From a virus: a stretch of DNA of 43,378 bases. Positions 17,788-25,800 of the stretch are shown here, piece after piece; positions within the stretch are counted from its first letter, which is position 1, and each line of letters opens with the position of its first letter. Where the stretch lies: UHGV virus genome UHGV-0125767. One strand, given 5' to 3'. The notes under the pieces are model-generated. The model was not told the origin of the DNA and did not search any database. It saw only the letters and a list, made by a program, of their open reading frames with translations. A program made the position numbers and the translations under genes.

Positions 17788-18561
17788 TTAAGTTGTTTGT
17801 TCGATTGTGGGTATTATGTCGTTGTCTTTGAGTAATTCATAAATGAACAGACGTCCTTTTTGTGTCCACTTTGTATTCATTCTTACTGATGTACTGCCAT
17901 CTTTATGCTCGATTTCTGTAGTTGATGAATGTGTGTAACCTTTAGCGTGTAGGTTAGAATATAATAACCACTGTCCAGATTGTTTATATTGAACTTTCAG
18001 TTCATGCAGTAACTTGTTTAACGCTTGAGCCGACATTCCGTAATCTTTAGCAATCTGACCCACTGTAACTAAACTTTTATTGTTTAAAATTGTGTCTAGA
18101 TAAGATGCTTTAGGTTCGTATTCGGCAATCTTTTGTTTTTGCATACTGTTTTCTAGTTGTAACTGTTGTTTCTCTTTTTGTTCCTCTATCCAAAGTTCAG
18201 CACGTTTGACTGGATCCTCAATCATGTAACTTGCGATAGGTTGTTTGAGTTGGTTTTCCATTTCGTTAAATTTATTGATATACGCCATTTTGAAATCGTT
18301 GTGACCCTGAATGTTGAACATGTATAAAGTGAAACCGTCTTTAGTTAGTAGATATTCTCTGTTACGCTTGCCATTTCTAGCTTTATATTGATTAGGAATT
18401 AATAGGGTCGAAATGTCGGCTCTACTCTTTTTAATCATTTCATCGATACCTTCTAAAACATGTTTATGTTGTCTGCCTATTTCCTCTGCTACTACTCGAC
18501 TAGAAACGACTGCTCCTAATTCTGAATTATTTTCAATTTGTATTTTTTGTAATGCTTGCAT
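17788..18561 (-). CDS. phage antirepressor (Rha/pRha N-domain + KilA-C-like C-domain)
   Basis: 257 aa; SSRVVAEEIGRQHKHVLEGIDEMI matches Phage_pRha family; position just after cro. Confidence 0.65.
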   Translation of the reverse strand: MQALQKIQIENNSELGAVVSSRVVAEEIGRQHKHVLEGIDEMIKKSRADISTLLIPNQYKARNGKRNREYLLTKDGFTLYMFNIQGHNDFKMAYINKFNEMENQLKQPIASYMIEDPVKRAELWIEEQKEKQQLQLENSMQKQKIAEYEPKASYLDTILNNKSLVTVGQIAKDYGMSAQALNKLLHELKVQYKQSGQWLLYSNLHAKGYTHSSTTEIEHKDGSTSVRMNTKWTQKGRLFIYELLKDNDIIPTIEQTT

Positions 18562-18574
18562 TTGTTTTCCTCCT

Positions 18575-18811
18575 TTAAGTTAAAACTTTCTTTTTACGTA
18601 AGTCTTTGCTAAAAAAAATATCTCTTCCTTCTTGAGGCGTTAAATCTAACGCGAAATAAATTCCATTTATTACCGGATATGAAGGTTTAGTTCTTCCATG
18701 TATCATATTGGACAATGTATCTCTATTAACACCTATTTCTTCAGAAAGAGTTTTGATGTTGTGTCCTTTTAAAGCCATTTTTGATTTTAAAAGTTTAGTG
18801 TCGATAGGCAT
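18575..18811 (-). CDS. Cro-like HTH regulator
   Basis: 78 aa; HNIKTLSEEIGVNRDTLSNMIHGR HTH; divergent from the repressor. Confidence 0.6.
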   Translation of the reverse strand: MPIDTKLLKSKMALKGHNIKTLSEEIGVNRDTLSNMIHGRTKPSYPVINGIYFALDLTPQEGRDIFFSKDLRKKKVLT

Positions 18812-18963
18812 TTCTTTTCACCACCTTTCGTATTACGTAAGTAATCTTATCATGGCTGTACAAAATAGGTCAAGCATTTTACGAAAGTTTTTAAGAAAAA
18901 ATATTGCAAATGGCGAAAGTTTTCCTTATAATATAGTTATCAAGTAAAAGGAGCTGTATTACG
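18812..18963. promoter_or_regulatory. divergent repressor/cro promoter-operator region
   Basis: TTGCAA(18904-18909)-17-TATAAT(18927-18932) and AAAAGGAG SD for the repressor. Operator-like boxes CTTTCGTA (18826-18833), TACGAAAG (18881-18888), CGAAAGTTTT at 18883 and 18914. TTGACC on the minus strand for cro. Confidence 0.45.
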
Positions 18964-19278
18964 ATGTGCTTTTCAAAAAGAATGAAACAATCAAGAGAAA
19001 AACAAGGTATGACTTTAGCTGAACTAGGAAGAAAAATCGGTAAAACTGAAGCTACTGTACAACGTTATGAAAGTGGAAATATCAAAAATCTTAAAAACGA
19101 TACTATCGAAAGCATAGCTACGGCATTAAATGTTAACCCTGCATTTTTGATGGGTTGGATAGATGAAAGTGATGAACAACCACAACATCGTGCAGCTCAT
19201 CTTGAAGCCGAATTAACAGATGATGAATGGCAACGTGTATTAGATTATGCAGATTATATAAGAAGTAAACGCAAATAA
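18964..19278 (+). CDS. CI-like repressor, XRE HTH only (no S24 peptidase domain)
   Basis: 104 aa; QGMTLAELGRKIGKTEATVQRYESGNIKN HTH_XRE. Confidence 0.7.
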   Translation: MCFSKRMKQSREKQGMTLAELGRKIGKTEATVQRYESGNIKNLKNDTIESIATALNVNPAFLMGWIDESDEQPQHRAAHLEAELTDDEWQRVLDYADYIRSKRK

Positions 19279-19289
19279 AGGGTGTTTTT

Positions 19290-19751
19290 ATGGGGTTATA
19301 TGAAAAAATGTTAATAGAACATGATTATATAGAAGTCAGAGAAACAAATGTTATGCCTAATAACTTACACGGCCTATGGTTAGGTGATTTAATTTTAATT
19401 AATCGAAACTTATCAGAAGTACGAAAAGCCGAAGTATTATACGAAGAACTAGCACATCATAAACTTACATATGGAAACATCTTAGATCAATCTAAAGATA
19501 TAAACCGCAAATTTGAAAATTACGCTAGGCGTTACGGATATGAATCTGCTCTACCTTTACACATCATTGTGGAAGCATATAACTATGGCATTAGTAACTT
19601 ATATGAACTAGCTGAATATGTTCAACTAAGCGAAGAATATATAGCAGAAATATTGAAACATTACAAAAATAAATATGGTATTGGAACTCACCACGGAGAA
19701 TACCTAATTACATTTGATCCGTTGAGGGTTTTTAAATATAAAGAAATATAA
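19290..19751 (+). CDS. ImmA/IrrE-family metalloprotease-like protein (putative anti-repressor protease)
   Basis: 153 aa immediately downstream of the XRE repressor; YEELAHHKLTYG degenerate HExxH-type motif. Confidence 0.4.
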   Translation: MGLYEKMLIEHDYIEVRETNVMPNNLHGLWLGDLILINRNLSEVRKAEVLYEELAHHKLTYGNILDQSKDINRKFENYARRYGYESALPLHIIVEAYNYGISNLYELAEYVQLSEEYIAEILKHYKNKYGIGTHHGEYLITFDPLRVFKYKEI

Positions 19752-19767
19752 AAAGGAGAAATGTAAA

Positions 19768-20334
19768 ATGAAAAAGGTTTTATTTTTAATATTTGCAAGC
19801 TTATTAGTATTAGGCGCATGTGGACAAAACGGGGATAACTCGAATAAAGATGATAATAAAAAGTCTGAAAGTAAATCAGATAAGAAGTCGAATGGTCCGA
19901 AGAAATCAGATAGTAAGAATAAATCAAACAAAAATATTAATGACGATAAACAACAAGCTAGTTCAGATGATATTAACAATGATACTACTAGCAATAAATC
20001 TGAAAGCACATCTAAAAATGACAATAGCGAAACTCAAAGTGATAATGGTAATAATGAACGACCACAAGGTAAACAAACTCAAGCAACACAACAAAACAAC
20101 AATCAGCAACAAGCTAATAACAACCAACAAACACAAAATAATAATGGTTACATGACCCAATCAGAAATTGACGAATGGAATAGAACGAAAACAACTACTC
20201 ACAATGAGTCACAAATGGAGGAAGTACCGCAAAATAATCAAAATCAACGTGTAGATCGTAGAAGTTTTAACGAACCATTGCCACGTTCAACTACAAATGG
20301 AGTGGCAAATGAGGCGTGGGACGGAAAAATATAA
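19768..20334 (+). CDS. lipoprotein, low complexity (N/Q/S/K-rich)
   Basis: MKKVLFLIFASLLVLGAC: signal peptide plus LGAC lipobox; remainder N/Q/K/S/D rich. Confidence 0.7.
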   Translation: MKKVLFLIFASLLVLGACGQNGDNSNKDDNKKSESKSDKKSNGPKKSDSKNKSNKNINDDKQQASSDDINNDTTSNKSESTSKNDNSETQSDNGNNERPQGKQTQATQQNNNQQQANNNQQTQNNNGYMTQSEIDEWNRTKTTTHNESQMEEVPQNNQNQRVDRRSFNEPLPRSTTNGVANEAWDGKI

Positions 20335-20342
20335 TATTTCAT

Positions 20343-20380
20343 GGGTAGCTCGCCTACCCTTATTATTTTTTTACTTTTTT
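20343..20380 (+). terminator. rho-independent terminator
   Basis: GGGTAG-ctcgc-CTACCC stem-loop followed by TTATTATTTTTTTACTTTTTT. Confidence 0.6.
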
Positions 20381-20395
20381 AAGGGGTGATGAATT

Positions 20396-21765
20396 ATGAA
20401 CGTAGCTATTTACGTTCGTGTCAGGTCAGTACATTAGAACAAAAAGAGCACGGTTATTCTATTGAAGAACAAGAAAGAAAGCTCAAATCATTTTGCGAGA
20501 TAAACGACTGGAGTGTATCGGACGTATTTATCGACGCTGGTTTCTCTGGTGCTAAACGTGAGAGACCAGAGTTACAACGTATGATGAAAGATATTAAAAG
20601 ATTTGATTTAGTCTTAGTGTATAAGTTAGATAGACTTACACGTAATGTACGTGACTTATTGGACTTACTAGAGATATTTGAAAAGCATAATGTAGCGTTT
20701 AGAAGTGCGACTGAAGTTTATGATACTTCTACTGCTATGGGGCGACTGTTTGTTACATTAGTTGGTGCTATGGCAGAGTGGGAACGTGAAACAATTAGAG
20801 AACGTGTGATGATGGGTAAACGTGCAGCAATTAAGCAAGGTATGATACTTACACCACCACCCTTTTATTATGATCGTGTAGATAACACTTACATTCCTAA
20901 TGATTATAAAAAAGTAGTTTTATGGGCATACGACGAAGTGATGAAAGGTAATAGTTCAAAAGCTATAGCTAGAAAATTAAACGATTCAGATATACCACCT
21001 CCTAATGGTAAAAGATGGGAAGATAGAACAATAACAAGAGCGCTAAGAAGTCCTATAACAAGAGGTCATTATACTTGGGGAGATGTATTTATAGAAAACT
21101 CTCACGAGCCTATTATTACCGAAGAAATGTATCAACAAATAAAAGAAAGATTAGAAGAAAGAATCAACACTAAAATAGTAAGTCATGTATCAGTATTCAG
21201 AGGTAAATTTATTTGCCCAAGATGTGGTGGTACATTAACACTGAATACAACAACAAGAAAGAGAAAGAAAGGTTATGTTACCTATAAAACGTATTATTGC
21301 AACACATGTAAAGGTAAAAAGAAGAGTTTCGGTTTTGCAGAAAATGAAGCATTAAGAGTTTTTCATGATTACCTATCTAAATTAGACTTAGAAAAATACG
21401 AAGTAAAGACAAAACAAAAAGACGATGTCGTTACCATTGATATAGACAAAATCATGGAACAACGTAAAAGGTATCATAAATTATATGCTAAAGGGTTAAT
21501 GCAAGAAGAAGAATTATTTGAATTGATTAAAGAAACAGACGAAATAATCGCAGAATATGAAAAACAAAAAGAATTAGTGCCAAGCAAAACACTAGATGTA
21601 GATAAAATAAAAAATTTTAAAAATGTATTGTTGGAATCATGGGAGATATTCTCGTTAGAAGATAAAGCAGATTTTATTAAGATGGCTATTAAGTCTATCG
21701 ACATAGAATATGTAAAACTTAAAAACAGGCATTCTATTAAAATAAACGATATAGAATTTTATTAA
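20396..21765 (+). pseudogene. int: large serine recombinase (TP901-1-type integrase) with N-terminal frameshift. Native start MNVAIYVRV at 20396 behind an AAGGGG SD; a 5-bp tandem duplication (GTCAG GTCAG, ~20417-20426) shifts the frame after codon 9
   Basis: Frame A reads ATG AAC GTA GCT ATT TAC GTT CGT GTC AGG ... TAG. Frame B continues ..QVSTLEQKEHGYSIEEQ..YKLDRLTRNVRDLL... with the full resolvase domain, recombinase domain and zinc ribbon (CPRCGG...CNTC). Confidence 0.8.
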
Positions 21766-21769
21766 CTTA

Positions 21770-21817
21770 CGTACGGAAGTATAGACACTCTATTAATACT
21801 TAATGTGTATACTTCCG
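21770..21817. other. candidate attP: perfect 12-bp inverted repeat TACGGAAGTATA / TATACTTCCGTA with 24-bp spacer
   Basis: Located 5 bp after the integrase stop; geometry (~48 bp, IR arms around a central core) typical of serine-integrase attP. Confidence 0.4.
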
Positions 21818-21905
21818 TAAATTTATAAAGAAAGACCACACCCATTAAGGAATAGTCTTTAAAAAATATTATATCTTTTAATTGAAAATCAAAAATTATT
21901 TTTTA

Positions 21906-22127
21906 TCAGAACCCTATTTTCCCTTCATCATCATCTACAAATTTAACTTCATCAATTTCTGTATTTTTGAAATTGATACCAAAATTACTTAAATCAGGTG
22001 AACTTTTTAAAATCTTTTTCATTTGAGCCTCTTCGTCTTTAAAACCTTGTACATTGTCTATCTTCACTTTAATATACGCTATTTCTCCATCATATGTGGT
22101 TATTTTAATCTTTTGTTCTCTTTCCAT
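21906..22127 (-). CDS. hypothetical protein
   Basis: 73 aa in moron region between attP and lysis genes. Confidence 0.3.
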   Translation of the reverse strand: MEREQKIKITTYDGEIAYIKVKIDNVQGFKDEEAQMKKILKSSPDLSNFGINFKNTEIDEVKFVDDDEGKIGF

Positions 22128-22248
22128 TATTTTTTCTCCTTCTATTATTATTACTGACTTGTACTATATTCTATGAAAAAAAGATGTTCGTATTTTTCAA
22201 AAGTCAGCTGTACTAATTGAAATATATTTATTGTAATTAATAAAAAGT

Positions 22249-22470
22249 TCAGTTTTTATATTCATGATTTGTATTTAGTTTTGCAATTTGATATTCATAC
22301 AATATTTTTGCATTTTTTAAAGTGAGGTTTTCAATACTTCTTTCTCCTCGACGCATAGCATTTATATTTCCATAGCTAACGCCAGTATCTTTGTTTATTT
22401 GATAACTTGAAATATCAGTGTTCTTAATTAATTTTTCAATAGTTTCATATAATTCATTGTATGCGTTCAT
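22249..22470 (-). CDS. small HTH-like protein
   Basis: 73 aa; ISSYQINKDTGVSYGNINAMRRGE resembles an XRE-type HTH. Confidence 0.35.
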   Translation of the reverse strand: MNAYNELYETIEKLIKNTDISSYQINKDTGVSYGNINAMRRGERSIENLTLKNAKILYEYQIAKLNTNHEYKN

Positions 22471-22494
22471 TTGTTTGGGATGAGACGGTTTTTA

Positions 22495-22590
22495 TTATTT
22501 TAAAATTAAAATTGCTATATTGATTAATGCTAATACGATCGTCGCTATCATTAAGATTAATGTTATGCTTCTAATAGTTTTACTTGTCAT
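22495..22590 (-). CDS. 31-aa hydrophobic peptide B (MTSKTIRSITLILMIATIVLALINIAILILK)
   Basis: ATG at 22590 preceded by GGAGGTG SD with 6-nt spacer; tandem stop codons; predicted single TM helix. Confidence 0.35.
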   Translation of the reverse strand: MTSKTIRSITLILMIATIVLALINIAILILK

Positions 22591-22618
22591 AATTAACACC
22601 TCCATAATATAATGAGGT

Positions 22619-22636
22619 AAAGGGCTTTCGCCCTTT
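22619..22636. terminator. GC-cored hairpin AAAGGGC-tttc-GCCCTTT between the two peptide ORFs
   Basis: perfect 7-bp stem; T-rich run follows on the plus strand only (cctatttta), so it would act as a terminator for plus-strand (antisense) transcripts or as an RNA stability element for the minus-strand mRNA. Confidence 0.4.
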
Positions 22637-22637
22637 C

Positions 22638-22751
22638 CTATTTTAGTAGCGTTACGATGATTGAAATGATTTGAATAATAAGTCCTGCTAAAGCTATTAT
22701 CATCATTCTTTTGTCGTGACGCTCTTTTTTTATTCTCCGTTTTCGTCTCAT
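22638..22751 (-). CDS. 37-aa basic-N-terminus/single-TM peptide A (MRRKRRIKKERHDKRMMIIALAGLIIQIISIIVTLLK)
   Basis: ATG at 22751 preceded by AGGAGGTGAGGGG SD; stop abuts the hairpin. Confidence 0.4.
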   Translation of the reverse strand: MRRKRRIKKERHDKRMMIIALAGLIIQIISIIVTLLK

Positions 22752-22770
22752 CCCCTCACCTCCTAAATAT

Positions 22771-22799
22771 ATTATAGCTCATTCGAACTATAAATTCAA
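22771..22799 (-). promoter_or_regulatory. consensus sigmaA promoter TTGAAT-17-TATAAT driving peptide A (and probably B and downstream genes)
   Basis: minus-strand -35 at 22794-22799, -10 at 22771-22776, SD begins ~8 nt after the -10. Confidence 0.45.
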
Positions 22800-22930
22800 C
22801 ACTTTTTTGCTTTTTCTTAAATTAATTTCACTTTTTTTACATAAAAAAATAACCACGCTCAAATGAACGTAGTTTAGAATATAGTATTAGTTTGGAATCA
22901 GGAACAAAGACTATTATACAATAAAAAATA

Positions 22931-22951
22931 GGGTAGCCATAGCGACTACCC
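22931..22951 (-). terminator. rho-independent terminator after endolysin
   Basis: GGGTAG-ccatagcga-CTACCC stem followed on the minus strand by UAUUUUUUAU; same stem sequence as the terminator at 20343. Confidence 0.5.
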
Positions 22952-22980
22952 TTGTATAATGACGTGGTAATTTAATTATA

Positions 22981-24384
22981 TCATTTCCAGTCTATTTTAC
23001 CCCAATATTTCTCATTTTTTATTTTTTGTTGTTTATCTGTAATTTTACAAACGGCACAATAGAAATGTTTATTACTTGAGCCTGGCTGAACATATTTAAA
23101 TCTAATCCACCAGTACCCATCTTTTTTGATGACTTGGTCGAAAGGAACATAATTCCCCTTGTATAACCACGAACCACTTTCAACTACAGTACCTTTAAGT
23201 CCAGGTGACTTACGTACTTTAATAGTACTGTTAGCAGTGAATTTACCTACCCAGTTCCACGTTGTTTTAATTTTAGACGGCTTACTCTTAGGCGCATTGA
23301 TTTGTCTACCGTTGATAGCCTCTGCAAGTCGTTTAGTAAAACTGTTGATGTTCTTAGTGATATAGTCCATGTCTTTTTTACTAGTGATAAAACCTAACTC
23401 AATCAATCTGTAATTTAAATTGAGTTGGCCTGTAACGTTAGCATTTAATAAATCGTTTCTAGGTGTTACACCTCTAATTTTACCAACCGTCTTACCTAGT
23501 GCGCTAGATAACGCTTTGTCTATATCATCTGCAGGATACCTGTCACTTACAATGACATGACCACCACTTGCTTGAGGACTTGCAGCGTCTAAGTGGAATT
23601 CTACAATTATATCAGGTTTAACATTCTTTTTAACCCAATATAAACCATAATCTGAATAGTTACCTACACGTTGTCCATATAACGTATCTTGATACAAGTC
23701 TTGATTCATTGATTTGCCACCGTATAAAACAACTTTATTACCTACACTTTCAAGATGTTTCTTTATTCTAGGAATAATTTCTTTTCTGTTAAAATCACGC
23801 TCATTATATCCATTTGCTACGGCACCAGGATCATTTGAATAAGCGCCTTTACCGTGACCTGCAACAAGTAAAATTTTCTTACCTTTCTTAGCTTTCGCTT
23901 TCTTAACTGGTTTAGCTTTGCTTTTAACTTTGTTTTTAGTCGTTTCTTTAGCATAGAACGGTCTAATAAACCACATAGGGAAATCGTAGCCATGTGTACG
24001 TCTTGTAGTAACTTCAGGAGGTGTCCAATACGCACCGCCAACCCAATTTTGCTCCAGTATAGTTATAGAGTTAGAAGTAGCAGAAATAACGATACCTACG
24101 TGACCATAACCCCCACCATAATTTCTATTGAATATTACAACATCTCCAGGCTTAGCTAAAAATGATAGTGTATTCTCATAAACAGTAGCTTCTCCTGTAA
24201 AATTGTTCCATGTCGGAATATCTGCAGCACCTACACCTTTTAAAGTATGACCGAATAAATAAAGCCAATATTGGTTAGCTACGTCGAAACATTGAAAACC
24301 ATAAGCACCGTCAGGGTTTAACGCTTTGCCCTCTAAACTTTTTAAATATGAAATTGATTGCTTATATGTTCTAACAGATACCAT
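22981..24384 (-). CDS. endolysin: CHAP endopeptidase + Amidase_3 + SH3b cell-wall binding domain
   Basis: 467 aa; CHAP Cys/His (GFQCFDV, GHVGIV), central amidase (LLVAGHGKG...[12 protein letters not shown]), C-terminal SH3_5-like (WNWVGKF...GYWWIRFKY). Confidence 0.9.
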   Translation of the reverse strand: MVSVRTYKQSISYLKSLEGKALNPDGAYGFQCFDVANQYWLYLFGHTLKGVGAADIPTWNNFTGEATVYENTLSFLAKPGDVVIFNRNYGGGYGHVGIVISATSNSITILEQNWVGGAYWTPPEVTTRRTHGYDFPMWFIRPFYAKETTKNKVKSKAKPVKKAKAKKGKKILLVAGHGKGAYSNDPGAVANGYNERDFNRKEIIPRIKKHLESVGNKVVLYGGKSMNQDLYQDTLYGQRVGNYSDYGLYWVKKNVKPDIIVEFHLDAASPQASGGHVIVSDRYPADDIDKALSSALGKTVGKIRGVTPRNDLLNANVTGQLNLNYRLIELGFITSKKDMDYITKNINSFTKRLAEAINGRQINAPKSKPSKIKTTWNWVGKFTANSTIKVRKSPGLKGTVVESGSWLYKGNYVPFDQVIKKDGYWWIRFKYVQPGSSNKHFYCAVCKITDKQQKIKNEKYWGKIDWK

Positions 24385-24659
24385 TAGAAATCATCTCCAT
24401 TCGTTTGAGGCGCACCACCTGTAGAATTTGTTCCAGCTTTAACTTCATGTAACTTTTGTTGTCCTTTTTGCGCTGCGTGAGAGAAGTTATTATTTTTCCA
24501 CCAAGTCCATAAAGACACTGCACCAGTGATAATAGAGCTGATAGTCACTTCATCTACTGGAATAGGCGAAATGTTTTTAGTAGCTAAAAATTGGTTAACC
24601 CAAGCTAAAATAAATACGATTGTTCTTACAATTGAACCTACATCTGTTTTCATACTCAT
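24384..24659 (-). CDS. holin
   Basis: 91 aa, two TM segments and charged C-terminus, directly upstream of and overlapping the endolysin start. Confidence 0.8.
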   Translation of the reverse strand: MSMKTDVGSIVRTIVFILAWVNQFLATKNISPIPVDEVTISSIITGAVSLWTWWKNNNFSHAAQKGQQKLHEVKAGTNSTGGAPQTNGDDF

Positions 24660-24708
24660 ATCTCCTTTTAGATAAATTAAAAAGCCAACGCATTGCGTTG
24701 ACTCGATT

Positions 24709-25236
24709 TTATTTATTCTCTTTTATTAACTTTTTATCTTCGATAGAATGGTCATTATAGATATATTTAACCTCTATAGATCCTTCAGAAGTTTCATCTA
24801 ATATGCCTAAAACATCAGGATTAGTCGTGATATTATCTATCTCTTGTAATTTAATAGGTTCGTCTAAACTATCGAATTTTACAATAGCGTTGACTTTGAA
24901 CTGTTTAGGCAACTCTGTTTTAGTGCTGTAACAATAGTTTATAAAATCTTGTAAATTAAAGAGCTTTTTGTTTTCTAGATTAGATACATAACCATTAAAC
25001 ATCCATTCTAAGTTACTTTTTAAGATTTCATCGACTTCATTGCCGTCAGTAAATATAGCAACTTGTATAGGCTCAACTACACCCTCTGTATATTGTAATA
25101 ACCAATAGTCAATTGTTTTCTTATTAGATAACCAATCCTCTTTCATTATCTTAACTACTTCTTCGGCGATAGGTTTAGCCATTAGTTCAATCCATTGCCC
25201 TTTTTCCTTGTCGAAAATTTTAGGTATAGCTTTCAT
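24709..25236 (-). CDS. hypothetical protein (tail/baseplate-associated by position)
   Basis: 175 aa. Confidence 0.3.
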   Translation of the reverse strand: MKAIPKIFDKEKGQWIELMAKPIAEEVVKIMKEDWLSNKKTIDYWLLQYTEGVVEPIQVAIFTDGNEVDEILKSNLEWMFNGYVSNLENKKLFNLQDFINYCYSTKTELPKQFKVNAIVKFDSLDEPIKLQEIDNITTNPDVLGILDETSEGSIEVKYIYNDHSIEDKKLIKENK

Positions 25237-25745
25237 TATTCATTACCTCCAGTAGTGTCAATCCAAATTTTAGTTGTGTCAGTCGGTGCGTTTTCTCCAA
25301 TGACAAAATTTTCTTCGCTTTCAGTTTGATTCTTAATTAATCCGTTTTTTACACCGTATTCAATCATTTCTTGCCATAAATCATGGTTTTGTGTGTTGAT
25401 TAATTGTCTACCAATCACACTCTCTGTCACTTGAATTTTCGCTTTATTGTCAGACGGGAATACATACTTGTTATCCACCCATATTTCTAATGAATACGTG
25501 TTTGCAGGAATAATCTGATTGATTACAACATCGCACACATAGGCATTGTCATATTGCCTAACTGTAGTGTCGTAGATATATTTGACACCTGTACTGTCAG
25601 TGAGAAAAACTTTTGCAGGTAATCCATCTAGTTTTAAATCATCGTTGTTAGTGTCAGACAAGATGTATCGCATGTGCGATAAGTCACCTTGTTTAATGCG
25701 ATTGCCGTCTTGTGAGTCATTTAAATTAAGTACATTTATTAGCAT
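25236..25745 (-). CDS. hypothetical protein (tail/baseplate-associated by position)
   Basis: 169 aa. Confidence 0.3.
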   Translation of the reverse strand: MLINVLNLNDSQDGNRIKQGDLSHMRYILSDTNNDDLKLDGLPAKVFLTDSTGVKYIYDTTVRQYDNAYVCDVVINQIIPANTYSLEIWVDNKYVFPSDNKAKIQVTESVIGRQLINTQNHDLWQEMIEYGVKNGLIKNQTESEENFVIGENAPTDTTKIWIDTTGGNE

Positions 25746-25800
25746 TAGAAACCACCTTTTCTAGTTATTAAAGGCTACCCACTCACAGTGAATAGCCTTG

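Noticed and set aside
19688-20160. Minus-strand and alternative-frame ORFs overlapping the lipoprotein gene (19688..19927, 19704..20024, 19820..20155, 19963..20160)
   Set aside because: Artefacts of the AT-rich, low-complexity lipoprotein coding sequence; no RBS, overlapping a well-supported signal-peptide gene
20386-21765. ORF-track integrase model starting MMNYERSYLRSCQ at 20386
   Set aside because: The GTG/ATG there lacks a properly spaced SD. The well-placed SD serves ATG 20396 in another frame, whose product (MNVAIYVRV) is the true recombinase N-terminus. The track model is a frameshift artefact.
22619-22636. Hairpin as a minus-strand terminator for peptide A
   Set aside because: No U-run follows on the minus strand (ACCUCAUUAUAUU), and peptide B's SD follows immediately, so read-through is more likely. 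Terminator function is only plausible for the plus strand.
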